The notes beneath the pieces were generated by a model. That model worked only from the letters and a program-made list of their open reading frames with translations. It was not told where the DNA came from and did not search any database. A program made the position numbers and the translations under genes. 64,000 bases of DNA, taken from Thermoanaerobaculia bacterium (lineage in GTDB: Bacteria > Acidobacteriota > Thermoanaerobaculia > Multivoradales > UBA5704). This document shows, one piece after another, positions 9,575 through 17,805 of this stretch. Location: positions 1 to 64,000 of the forward strand of contig JBGAGQ010000033.1 of assembly GCA_044226625.1 (NCBI GenBank), read 5' to 3'. The stretch's first letter is position 1, and every line of letters begins with the position of its first letter.

Positions 9575-9780
9575 CGATAGCCGCTTTCCGCCGCAGGAAG
9601 CCGCTATCTGCGCTGGATAGCGGCTATCCGCGCTGGAAAAACCACTATCTACGCCAGGAAGCCGATTCTTCCTTCCGGATAGCCGCTTCCTGCGCTGGGA
9701 AGCGGCTATCTGCGACGGATAGCGGCTATCCAGCGCAGGAATTCGAATTTCTCCGAGCGATAGCGGCTTCCTGCAAGCTG
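9575..9780. repeat. Degenerate ~20 bp tandem array of palindromic units GGATAGCnGCTATCC with ~102 bp higher-order period
   Basis: About 10 units of 19-22 bp (e.g. 9615 ggatagcggctatcc, 9717 ggatagcggctatcc); block from 9575 aligns with block from 9677. Confidence 0.8.
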
Positions 9781-10013
9781 CGAGCGCCTTTTTAGACGGC
9801 TGAAGCGCCTGCGACTCGGCGCTCGACTCGCGGGGGTCGCAGTCGCTATCCCATTGCCGTGGAACGACTTCCGCGAGGATAGCGGCTCTAGATACGGCTG
9901 CGTCGCGCTCCAGGTCTCCGAAGGCACCCCCGCCTGTTCGAGCACGGCCTGCGCGCCACGTCGATTGCGCAGCTCGTCCCTGAAAGAACCCGAACGGGAG
10001 CCGCCAGCTTTCG

Positions 10014-10059
10014 TTGACGGGCGGTCGCGCGCTTCGTAAGATGTACATCGAGATGTACA
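10014..10059 (+). promoter_or_regulatory. Sigma70 promoter plus TGTACA operator palindromes of the TA operon
   Basis: TTGACG 10014-10019, 17 bp spacer, TAAGAT 10037-10042; GATGTACATC and a second TGTACA; same layout repeated at 11122-11169. Confidence 0.75.
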
Positions 10060-10068
10060 GGAGGCCGG

Positions 10069-10344
10069 ATGCCCAAGAGCTATTCGATCGCCGAGGCCCG
10101 AGAGAATTTCACCCGAGTGGTCAACGAAGCCGAGGAGGGGGAGAGGGTCGAGCTCACCCGACGAGGAAAGCCCGTGGCCGTTTTGATCTCTCTTTCTGAG
10201 TACGGGCGGGTCGCCGACGCCAAGCGCTCGTTCTGGGATTCTTACGAAGCGTTTCGGAGCCGCCACGCGGGCTCGGACGTCGACGTCGACGACGTCTTCG
10301 AGGGGATCCGGGATCCTTCGCCAGGCCGCGATTTCAACTGGTGA
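10069..10344 (+). CDS. Phd/YefM-family antitoxin
   Basis: YSIAEARENFTRVVNEAEEGERVELTRRGKPVAVLIS; RBS AGGAGG; overlaps vapC start (GTGA). Confidence 0.9.
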   Translation: MPKSYSIAEARENFTRVVNEAEEGERVELTRRGKPVAVLISLSEYGRVADAKRSFWDSYEAFRSRHAGSDVDVDDVFEGIRDPSPGRDFNW

Positions 10345-10775
10345 CGTCGTCGGACCGGCCTATGCTCCCGCGTTACCTGCTCGACACCAATACGATCTCC
10401 GATCCCTCCAAGGCGGTGCCGAACCTCGGGATCTCGCGGCGCCTGAAGGAGCACGACGGTGAGATGGCGCTCGCCGCTCCGGTATGGCACGAGCTGCGGT
10501 TCGGCCTCGAACGCCTCCCCCCTTCGAAGAAACGGCAGAAGATCGAGGACTATTTACGGACCGTCCGGCTGCTCCCGGTGCTCCCCTATGACGAGGCGGC
10601 GGCCGACTGGCACGCGCGGGAGAGGGCTCGCCTGATGGCGCTGGGCAAGAGCCCATCTCATGCCGACAGCCAGATCGCGGCCGTCGCGGCCGTTCATCGG
10701 TTGATCGTCGTCACCTCGAACGTCAAGGATTTTTCGATCTTCCAAGGGATCGAGATCGAAGACTGGCGCGAATAG
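10341..10775 (+). CDS. vapC: VapC-family PIN-domain toxin
   Basis: YLLDTNTIS, VWHELRFG, ADSQIAAVA, VVTSNVKDF. Confidence 0.9.
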   Translation: MTSSDRPMLPRYLLDTNTISDPSKAVPNLGISRRLKEHDGEMALAAPVWHELRFGLERLPPSKKRQKIEDYLRTVRLLPVLPYDEAAADWHARERARLMALGKSPSHADSQIAAVAAVHRLIVVTSNVKDFSIFQGIEIEDWRE

Positions 10776-10884
10776 CCCGCGACGACGAGACGGTTCCAAG
10801 GCTGTCGTCTTCCCGCCGCCGATTGCGATCTCTCTAGCAACGCGGTCAATGAAGACCGACGCCCTTTTCGAAGGAACGGCTCCG

Positions 10885-11052
10885 ATGAACACCAAGCGAA
10901 AGATGCAGCTCACCCTGTCGAAGGAAACCGTGCGGGCGCTGTCCGAGAACGAGCTGTCGCAGCTCCAGGCCGGCAAGCCCGGTGGCACGGTGACGACCAC
11001 CCTCGACCCCGATTGCTTCTACACCACGCCCAGCTACTACCACTGCCCGTAG
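10885..11052 (+). CDS. Class I lanthipeptide-like RiPP precursor peptide (55 aa), orphan
   Basis: MNTKRKMQLTLSKETVRALSENELSQLQAG-KPGGTVTTTLDPDCFYTTPSYYHCP: LxLxKx5L leader, Thr/Ser/Cys-rich core; RBS GAAGGA; downstream hairpin 11079-11102. Confidence 0.75.
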   Translation: MNTKRKMQLTLSKETVRALSENELSQLQAGKPGGTVTTTLDPDCFYTTPSYYHCP

Positions 11053-11078
11053 TGTCTCCCGGCTCCTTCGGCGGCACA

Positions 11079-11102
11079 GGTGCGGCCTCGTCGGGCCGCA
11101 CC
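11079..11102 (+). terminator. Hairpin downstream of precursor peptide 1
   Basis: GGTGCGGCC-tcgtcg-GGCCGCACC perfect 9 bp stem; no clear U-tract. Confidence 0.45.
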
Positions 11103-11121
11103 GCGCCGGAAAGAGTGCCGT

Positions 11122-11169
11122 TTGACGGCATGGCGCGTCGTCCGTACGATGTACATCAAGGTATACAAA
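11122..11169 (+). promoter_or_regulatory. Duplicated sigma70 promoter/operator of the second antitoxin
   Basis: TTGACG 11122-11127, 17 bp spacer, TACGAT 11145-11150, GATGTACATC palindrome. Confidence 0.7.
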
Positions 11170-11187
11170 AGGAAGCACCGAGCGAAA

Positions 11188-11463
11188 ATGTCCAAGAGCT
11201 ATTCGATGGCGGAGGCTCGAGAAAACTTCACTCGGGTGGTCCACGAGGCCGAAGAGGGTGAACGGGTCGAGCTCACGCGGCGCGGTCGGCCGGTGGTGAT
11301 CTTGATGTCCCTCCCGGAGCCTGGACGAATCGCCGACGCCAAGCCTTCCTTCTGGGAAGCGTACGAGGCGTTTCGAGGTCGCTACGAGGGCTCAGACGTA
11401 GACGTGGACGACGTTTTCGAAGGGCTTCGAGAAAGTTCGCCGCGCCGCCACTTCGAGTGGTGA
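11188..11463 (+). CDS. Second Phd/YefM antitoxin, paralog of 10069-10344, without a toxin
   Basis: MSKSYSMAEARENFTRVVHEAEEGERVELTRRGRPVV...GSDVDVDDVFEG, colinear and same length as copy 1; no toxin ORF follows. Confidence 0.85.
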   Translation: MSKSYSMAEARENFTRVVHEAEEGERVELTRRGRPVVILMSLPEPGRIADAKPSFWEAYEAFRGRYEGSDVDVDDVFEGLRESSPRRHFEW

Positions 11464-11531
11464 TCCGGATCGAAAATAAGGTTCGTGCTCTAAGTCCTCG
11501 ACACCAAGGCGGAGCGGCCTCTGCTCAAGTC

Positions 11532-12287
11532 TCAGACCCGCCCGAGCCGCAGATGGAGCGGCCAGCTTAAGGTGCGCACCCGGCCGCGCTCCGACGGGCC
11601 GCCCCAGGCGGCTTCGAGGTCGGAGGCGACTTCGGCGAGCGGGTCGGCCCCGGTTTCGCGCCGGCAGCGGACGATCGAGGACCAGGTGGAGACGTAGGCG
11701 ATCAGCTGGTCGAGGTTCCAGTCGACCGACATGGTGAAGGGGGGCGCCTCGACCTCGGCGAAGGGGAAAGGGAGGGTGCGGTATTCCTCGCTCACCCAGC
11801 GTCGCTCGGGCGGCCAGTAGGAGAAGACCCGCTCCTCGGCGAGGTAGTCGAGCACGCGGTCGATCGCCGGCTCGGAGCGGAGGAGGTTGTAGCTCCAGGC
11901 GGCGATCAGCCCGTCCGGGCGGAGGACTCGCCGCACCTCGGCGTAGAACCGTTCGAAATCGAACCAGTGGATCGCTTGGGCGATGGTGACCAGGTCGACC
12001 GAGCAGGCGGCGAGGCCGCTCGCCTCGGCGGGCGCGCGTCGGACCTCGATCCGTGGATGGGGCTGGAAGTGCGAAACCTGCTCGGCCGAGGCGTCGGTCG
12101 CGACGACGACCGCGAACCGATCGGCGAGCGGGATCGCGGCCTGGCCGTTGCCGGTCGCGCAATCCCAGGCGAGCCCGCACCCCGGCGCGCCCCCGGCCAG
12201 GAAATCGAACAGCTCGTCGGGATAGCGATCGGGGCGCGCCGACGCGTACGCCGCGGCGTGGCCGGAGAAATGATCCTTGAAGCTCAT
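11532..12287 (-). CDS. Class I SAM-dependent methyltransferase
   Basis: FKDHFSGHAAAYASARP, AWDCATGNGQAA, DLVTIAQAIHWFD. Confidence 0.9.
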   Translation of the reverse strand: MSFKDHFSGHAAAYASARPDRYPDELFDFLAGGAPGCGLAWDCATGNGQAAIPLADRFAVVVATDASAEQVSHFQPHPRIEVRRAPAEASGLAACSVDLVTIAQAIHWFDFERFYAEVRRVLRPDGLIAAWSYNLLRSEPAIDRVLDYLAEERVFSYWPPERRWVSEEYRTLPFPFAEVEAPPFTMSVDWNLDQLIAYVSTWSSIVRCRRETGADPLAEVASDLEAAWGGPSERGRVRTLSWPLHLRLGRV

Positions 12288-12350
12288 CGCCGCGGATTCT
12301 ATCCGTCGGCGTCCGGCAAGAGAGGAGTGCCGCCTCGCGGCGGTTGGGCT

Positions 12351-13235
12351 TTAGCGGCCGACCGACGCGGTGGAGGGGAGCCCGACCGACGTCTCTTCGG
12401 CCGGCGCGCCCGACCGCGGTGTCGGCGGCGAATCGGGTTCGGATCGCGGAATCTCGGCGGCGATCCGGCGGCCGGCGTCGGTCGCGCGCAGGACGAACTC
12501 TTGGGCGAGCAGGCGGTAGGCGGCGGCGCCTTTCGCCTTGTCGTCGAACTGGAAGATCGACTGGCCGTGCTCGGGCGCCTCGGCGAGGCGGTTGTTCACC
12601 CGGATCTCGATCGCGAACACCTTCGAGCCGAGCTCGGCGCGAACCGCTTCGACGTTCTTGCGCGTCGACTTGATCCGGTAGTCGACCATCGTGAGCAGGA
12701 CGCCGAGCAGCACGATCCGGCCGCCCGCGTCGTGGCTCGCCCGGAACGCGGCGGCGATCAGGTTGGTGACGCCGGTGAGCGCGAGGAACTGCGGCATCGA
12801 GGGGACCAGGAACGCGTCGGCCGCGACGATCGCGTTGACCGGCACGAGCGACAGCGAGGAGGGACAGTCGAGGAAGATCAGGTCGTAGCGCGGCGCCACG
12901 GAGGCGAGCGCGCTCCGGAGGCGGGTCTCGCGGGAGCGGAAGTGGGAGAGCTCGCGGTCGGCGTGGATCAGGTCGACCGAGGCGGTGATCAGGTCGAGGC
13001 CCGGCACGCGCGTTTCGCGGATCGCCTCGCTCGCGAGGAATCCGCCGAGCAGCACGTCGGCGGACGAGGGGGCGAGCTCCTCGCGCGGCACGCCGAGCGA
13101 GAGCGAGGCGGAGGCCTGGCTGTCGAGGTCGACCAGCAGGACCCGCCGCCCGGAGAGGGCGAGCGCCGCCGCCAGGTTGACCGACGTCGTGGTCTTGCCG
13201 ACCCCGCCTTTCCGGCTGATGACCGCGGTAATCAT
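12351..13235 (-). CDS. ParA/Soj-family ATPase (no adjacent ParB)
   Basis: Deviant Walker A RKGGVGKTTT, VLLVDLDSQ, YDLIFLDCP, RLAEAP; ATG 13235. Confidence 0.88.
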   Translation of the reverse strand: MITAVISRKGGVGKTTTSVNLAAALALSGRRVLLVDLDSQASASLSLGVPREELAPSSADVLLGGFLASEAIRETRVPGLDLITASVDLIHADRELSHFRSRETRLRSALASVAPRYDLIFLDCPSSLSLVPVNAIVAADAFLVPSMPQFLALTGVTNLIAAAFRASHDAGGRIVLLGVLLTMVDYRIKSTRKNVEAVRAELGSKVFAIEIRVNNRLAEAPEHGQSIFQFDDKAKGAAAYRLLAQEFVLRATDAGRRIAAEIPRSEPDSPPTPRSGAPAEETSVGLPSTASVGR

Positions 13236-13426
13236 TGCCTGATCTCGATTTATCCCACGATGAGGCCCGCGGAGCAAGCGGAAAAGTGAATTCCCATCGG
13301 AGCTTGTCGCGGTCGGACCGGCCGGAGGTGTACAATTCGACGTACGCGCAACAACGGTGAGGTCGGCCTCCCGCGAGCTTCCCGCCGGCCGAAACCGATC
13401 GGGCTACGCGGGGCAGGGAGGCTTTC

Positions 13427-16024
13427 ATGGCGACCCAGAAACCGAAAGGCATCCTTCGTAGCATCAAGGAGTACCTGGGCCTCGGCGACAACCCGATGCG
13501 CCCTCCGGTCGGCTGGCTGCTCGACCGCCAGCTGGTCACCAACCTGCGCGAGATCCTGATCTTCAGCGCGTTCGGCACCCGGATCGATCCGCGGATCTGG
13601 ATGGTCGGGCGCGAGTACGACTGCACCCGCGATTTCGAGGGGGACGAGATCTGGTTCGACTACATGTCGGACTCGGGCGACGGCATGCGCGCGACCTACA
13701 GCATCGCCTACCTCGTCTATTCGGAGCTGTTCGTGCCCAAAGCCGCGCGGGCGGGGGATGCCGTCTCCTTCGAATCGGACGACGGCGTGCTCGAGAGCCT
13801 GCCGCGCGGCTCGTTCCTGTTCGTCGGCGGCGACACGGCCTACCACGTCGCCGATTACGAGACGCTGGTCGAGCGCTTCCAGACGCCGTTCGAAATGGCT
13901 TACGGCCACCTGCTCGACCAGGGCAAGGTCGACCGCAAGGACCGGCGGCCGATCTTCGGCATCCCGGGCAACCACGACTATTACGACTTCCTCGACGGCT
14001 TCAACCGCCAGTTCCGCAAGCCGTTCGGCGAGGAGCACAAGTTCAATCCGAACCGGAAAGGGGACCAGCCGCAGCTGGTGCTCGGCGGATTCGAGCGCAA
14101 GCAGTGGGCGAGCTTCGTCTCGATCGAGCTGCCGTTCGGCTGGCGGATGTGGGGATTCGACGCCGAGAAAGGCGTGATGGACCGGCGCCAGCGGCATTTC
14201 TTCCAGTCGATGCTCAAGGATCCCGAGAAGGCGACCGATCGGCTGATCGTCGCCACCCCCGAGCCGATCACCAAATTCGGCCAGCGCGCCGATCCGGACG
14301 CCGCGATCGTCCAGACGATGCGCGCGATCGGCCTACCGTGCCCGTTCCTCGCCTCCGATCCTCCGGAGCAGCTTCCCGCGGGAGGCTGCCGGCTCGACGT
14401 CTCCGGCGACGTCCATCACTACGCGCGCTACTGGGGCGCAGAGCCGGGCGCCACCGAGCCGGCGCATTACGCCTCGGTCGTCTCGGGGCTCGGCGGGGCG
14501 TTCCTCCATCCGTCGTGCACGAACGTGGGGGAGGTGCCGTCGGAAGCCTGCTATCCGCCGCCCAAGGAGGCGCTCGCCGAGGTCGTGCGGCGGGTGCAGC
14601 ATCCGTGGATGATCGTCCTCGGCGGCAGGATCTGGCTGATCGGCCTGCTGATCGCCGGATTCCTGTTCGTCGCCGCCGCGACCTCGGCGAGCCTGCGCCA
14701 CGCGATGAAGCCGCTTTTCGACCTCGTGGGCCTGACACTGCCGGAGCTCGGCTCGGCACCGGACCGCTTCGGAGACTCGAGCGCCCTCGGAATCATCGCC
14801 GACGCGGTTTCCGCGGCGCCGCAGAGAGGGCTCGAGGCGCTCAAAGGTGCGCTGCTCGTGAACCGCACCCTCCCCGGATCGTCGCCGGCCCAGAACATCC
14901 TGGACGCCGCGGTACCGGGCCAGCGCTGGAACGACGAGCTCTACTACTTGCCGCTGCTGTTCCTGGTCGCCATCTGGGGGACGCGGCGCAACAGCGCGCT
15001 CGCCAAACGCGCGGCGAAAGGGGAGCAGATCCCCAGCTCGGCCTATCAATGGCCGATCCACGTCCTGGGCATCTCGGGCATCCTCTCGGTGCTCTGGATC
15101 TTCGGCCACCCCGGCGACACCCAGTACGGCTTGCTCTATCCGCTCGCCTCGAACCTCGTCGTGCTGGTGGGACTGACGTTGAGCTACCTCTCGCTCCTCT
15201 GGAGCCGGCAGTACGACGAAGCGATGAACCGGGTCGCCCGCGCCAAAGGGCGCCTCACCGTGAGCGACCAAGTCCACGGCTGGCTGCTCTGGGCGTTCAC
15301 GCTCCTCTCGCTGCTCCTCGCCGTGACCCGGTACGGGGTGGACACGCTCGCCGTGGTGTCGTTCGACATCACGTTCCTGGTCGTGGTGATCGGCCTGCTC
15401 TTCGGACTGCCCGGCTTCGCCTACACGGTGGGCGGAGAGCTGCACGGCCGGGCGGGCAAGGTCGGCTTCCTGCTGCTCGGGCTCTGGCACGCCTTGCTTC
15501 AGCTCGCGATGCCGCTCCTCCTCGTGGTGGCGCTCCCTCCCGCCCGCGCGCTCACGATCGGGCTCGCGACGGCGGCGTTGAGCTGGGCGGTCGGTCGCCT
15601 CGCGCCGCGCGTCCTCACCGACGGCGCCGCCAACCGGCGGTGGCTCGGGACGGGGCTGATCGCGCTCTGGGTGGGCTGGATCGTCGCGGTTCTCCTCTAC
15701 ACGTTCGCGCACGAGGCACCGCAGCAAGCGACCGCGGCGTCGCTCTTCACCGCGCTCGCGCTCGGCATGACGCTCGCCTGCACCTTCTTCGGCCAGTACC
15801 TCGCGATCTCGATCTGCTTCGACGGCCACAACAACGAGGCGGGCGGCGGCGCGCGGATCGAACAGTGGAAACAGTTCATCCGCTTCCGCCTCACGAAGGA
15901 GGGCCTCACCGGCTACGTCATCGCCGTCGACGAGGTCGAAGAAGACGGGCGTCTCCTGAAGCCACGCCTGGTCGACGTCTTCGAGGTGAAGCCGAGGTTG
16001 AAAGGCGGAAGTGGGGTTGGCTAG
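13427..16024 (+). CDS. Calcineurin-like metallophosphoesterase with a multi-pass membrane region
   Basis: SDSGDG, VGGDTAYH, IPGNHDYYD, SGDVHHYAR, GLGGAFLHP; many hydrophobic segments; C-terminal HNNEA...FIRFRL. Confidence 0.8.
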   Translation: MATQKPKGILRSIKEYLGLGDNPMRPPVGWLLDRQLVTNLREILIFSAFGTRIDPRIWMVGREYDCTRDFEGDEIWFDYMSDSGDGMRATYSIAYLVYSELFVPKAARAGDAVSFESDDGVLESLPRGSFLFVGGDTAYHVADYETLVERFQTPFEMAYGHLLDQGKVDRKDRRPIFGIPGNHDYYDFLDGFNRQFRKPFGEEHKFNPNRKGDQPQLVLGGFERKQWASFVSIELPFGWRMWGFDAEKGVMDRRQRHFFQSMLKDPEKATDRLIVATPEPITKFGQRADPDAAIVQTMRAIGLPCPFLASDPPEQLPAGGCRLDVSGDVHHYARYWGAEPGATEPAHYASVVSGLGGAFLHPSCTNVGEVPSEACYPPPKEALAEVVRRVQHPWMIVLGGRIWLIGLLIAGFLFVAAATSASLRHAMKPLFDLVGLTLPELGSAPDRFGDSSALGIIADAVSAAPQRGLEALKGALLVNRTLPGSSPAQNILDAAVPGQRWNDELYYLPLLFLVAIWGTRRNSALAKRAAKGEQIPSSAYQWPIHVLGISGILSVLWIFGHPGDTQYGLLYPLASNLVVLVGLTLSYLSLLWSRQYDEAMNRVARAKGRLTVSDQVHGWLLWAFTLLSLLLAVTRYGVDTLAVVSFDITFLVVVIGLLFGLPGFAYTVGGELHGRAGKVGFLLLGLWHALLQLAMPLLLVVALPPARALTIGLATAALSWAVGRLAPRVLTDGAANRRWLGTGLIALWVGWIVAVLLYTFAHEAPQQATAASLFTALALGMTLACTFFGQYLAISICFDGHNNEAGGGARIEQWKQFIRFRLTKEGLTGYVIAVDEVEEDGRLLKPRLVDVFEVKPRLKGGSGVG

Positions 16025-16359
16025 AGGTTGAGCACGAGCCGAAGGCCGGCATCCAGCTCGGAGAGCGACTCCGAAGCGAGAACCCCGGTTCGCTCGACGA
16101 AGTCCGAGCGAAGGACCTTCTGGACGTCGTAGAGATTTGCGACCGACTCCTTGGCGAGGCCGGTGGCGGTTCGCGACAGCCGAACGTTTCCGGGGAGGCC
16201 CGCGAGGTGGAGTCGGCTTGTCAGCGGAGCAACGAGGAACGAACGGACGCGCGGCTCGCGAACCGCATTGCTCTGGACGACGACCGCCGGCCGAAGCTTG
16301 TCCACCCGCACCCACCAGACCTCGCCCCGGCGGGGGAGAGGCTCACCACTCGTCGTCAC
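16021..16359 (-). CDS. mazF: MazF/PemK-family endoribonuclease toxin
   Basis: PRRGEVWWV...KLRPAVVVQSN...VAPLTS...GLAKESVAN; GTG start 16359 overlapping the antitoxin end. Confidence 0.88.
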   Translation of the reverse strand: MTTSGEPLPRRGEVWWVRVDKLRPAVVVQSNAVREPRVRSFLVAPLTSRLHLAGLPGNVRLSRTATGLAKESVANLYDVQKVLRSDFVERTGVLASESLSELDAGLRLVLNL

Positions 16360-16579
16360 GGTACTCTTCGGCCATGCGCGCCCGCTGGTGGCGCCGCCAG
16401 CTTTCCTCGTCGTCGGCGACGTCCCAGCCGTGACGATCGATGTAGCTTCGGACCTCGGCCTGCGTTCGCTCCACCTCGAGCAGTTGAGCGAGGAGCCCCG
16501 AGCGTGAAGTGCCCCGGCGCTCGGCTTCTTGATCGGCGAAGGTGAGCAGATCCGCTGGAAGGGAGACGCCAATCTTCAT
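16343..16579 (-). CDS. Ribbon-helix-helix antitoxin of the MazF toxin
   Basis: MKIGVSLPADLLTFADQEAERRGTSRSGLL (RHH pattern), directly upstream of mazF. Confidence 0.85.
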   Translation of the reverse strand: MKIGVSLPADLLTFADQEAERRGTSRSGLLAQLLEVERTQAEVRSYIDRHGWDVADDEESWRRHQRARMAEEYRDDEW

Positions 16580-16669
16580 AGAGAGAAGAGGGTATCACCC
16601 CCGGGCATACCCGGAGCTCACGGGGAAGCGCGTTCGATCGCGCGGTCTCCTTTGATACCATCTCGGGCC

Positions 16670-17776
16670 ATGGAGCCCCTCGATCCGAAATTTCGACGAC
16701 CGCAGAAGATTGCGGTCCTGCCCGGCGACGGCATCGGCGTGGACGTGACCGCCGAGGCGGTCAAAGTCCTTGAAGCCGCCGCCGCGGGGTGGAGCCTCCC
16801 CCTGGAGCTGGTCCACCTCCCGTACAGCGCCGACCACTACCTCGCGACCGGCGTCAGCCTGCCGCCCGGCACGCTCGACGAGTGGCGCGACCATTACGCC
16901 GCGATCTTCATCGGCGCGTTCGGCGATCCGCGCGTGCCGGACATGAAGCACGCCGCCGACATCCTGCTCGGCACCCGCTTCGGCCTCGATCTCTACATCA
17001 ACTTCCGGCCGGTGAAGCTCTACGACGCGCGTCTCTGCCCGCTCAAGAACAAGACCGAGAAGGACGTCGACTTCGTCGTCTTCCGCGAGAACACCGAGGG
17101 CGCGTACGTCGGCGTCGGCGGCAACTTCAAGAAAGGGACTCCGGACGAGGTCGCGGTCCAGGACGAGATCCATACCCGCAAGGGGGTGGAGCGCATCCTG
17201 CGCGCCGCGTTCGACTACGCCGTCGCCCACGGCAAGACGAAAGTCTGCATGAGCGACAAGGCGAACGTCATGCGCTTCGGCCACGACCTCTGGCAGCGCG
17301 CCTTCGCCGAGGTCGCGCAGGACTATCCGGGCATCGAGACGAGCCATCTCTACGTCGACGCGCTCACCATGATGATGGTCAAGCGTCCCGAGAGCTTCGA
17401 AGTGATCGTCACCAACAACATGTTCGGCGACATCGTGACCGATCTGGGCGCGGCCCTTCAGGGCGGGCTCGGGATGGCCGCGTCGGCGAACCTCCACCCC
17501 GGCCGGACCTCGATGTTCGAGCCGGTCCACGGCTCGGCGCCGAAATACGCCGGCACGGGCCAGGCGAACCCGATCGGCGCGATTCTGTCCGCCGCGCTCA
17601 TGCTCGAAACGCTCGGCCACGCCGAGGCCGCCGCGGCGGTCGACGCCGCCGTGCTCGCGGCGATCCGCGACAGCTCGACGACCGTCGACGTCGGCGGAAC
17701 GATGAGCACGAGCGAGGTCGGCAGCGGCATCGCGCGCCGCGTCGAGCGCGCGGCCCTCGCCCCCGCCGAGGCGTAG
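16670..17776 (+). CDS. leuB: 3-isopropylmalate / beta-decarboxylating dehydrogenase
   Basis: IAVLPGDGIG, VFRENTEG, NMFGDIVTD, MFEPVHGSAP, ANPIGAILS; exact substrate not certain. Confidence 0.8.
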   Translation: MEPLDPKFRRPQKIAVLPGDGIGVDVTAEAVKVLEAAAAGWSLPLELVHLPYSADHYLATGVSLPPGTLDEWRDHYAAIFIGAFGDPRVPDMKHAADILLGTRFGLDLYINFRPVKLYDARLCPLKNKTEKDVDFVVFRENTEGAYVGVGGNFKKGTPDEVAVQDEIHTRKGVERILRAAFDYAVAHGKTKVCMSDKANVMRFGHDLWQRAFAEVAQDYPGIETSHLYVDALTMMMVKRPESFEVIVTNNMFGDIVTDLGAALQGGLGMAASANLHPGRTSMFEPVHGSAPKYAGTGQANPIGAILSAALMLETLGHAEAAAAVDAAVLAAIRDSSTTVDVGGTMSTSEVGSGIARRVERAALAPAEA

Positions 17777-17805
17777 GCCGGGCGCCGTTTCCCGGAGAGA
17801 TTCCC

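Noticed and set aside
9575-9780. CRISPR array interpretation of the repeat arrays (also 52770-53304 and 63069-63299)
   Set aside because: No constant repeat alternating with unique 30-40 bp spacers, and no cas genes in the window
9422-10048. 208 aa minus-strand ORF across the palindromic array
   Set aside because: No recognisable domain, starts inside the TA operator, and its repeats simply mirror the DNA array
12351-13235. ParA as evidence of a plasmid or prophage
   Set aside because: No rep, parB, phage or conjugation genes; core chromosomal genes throughout the window
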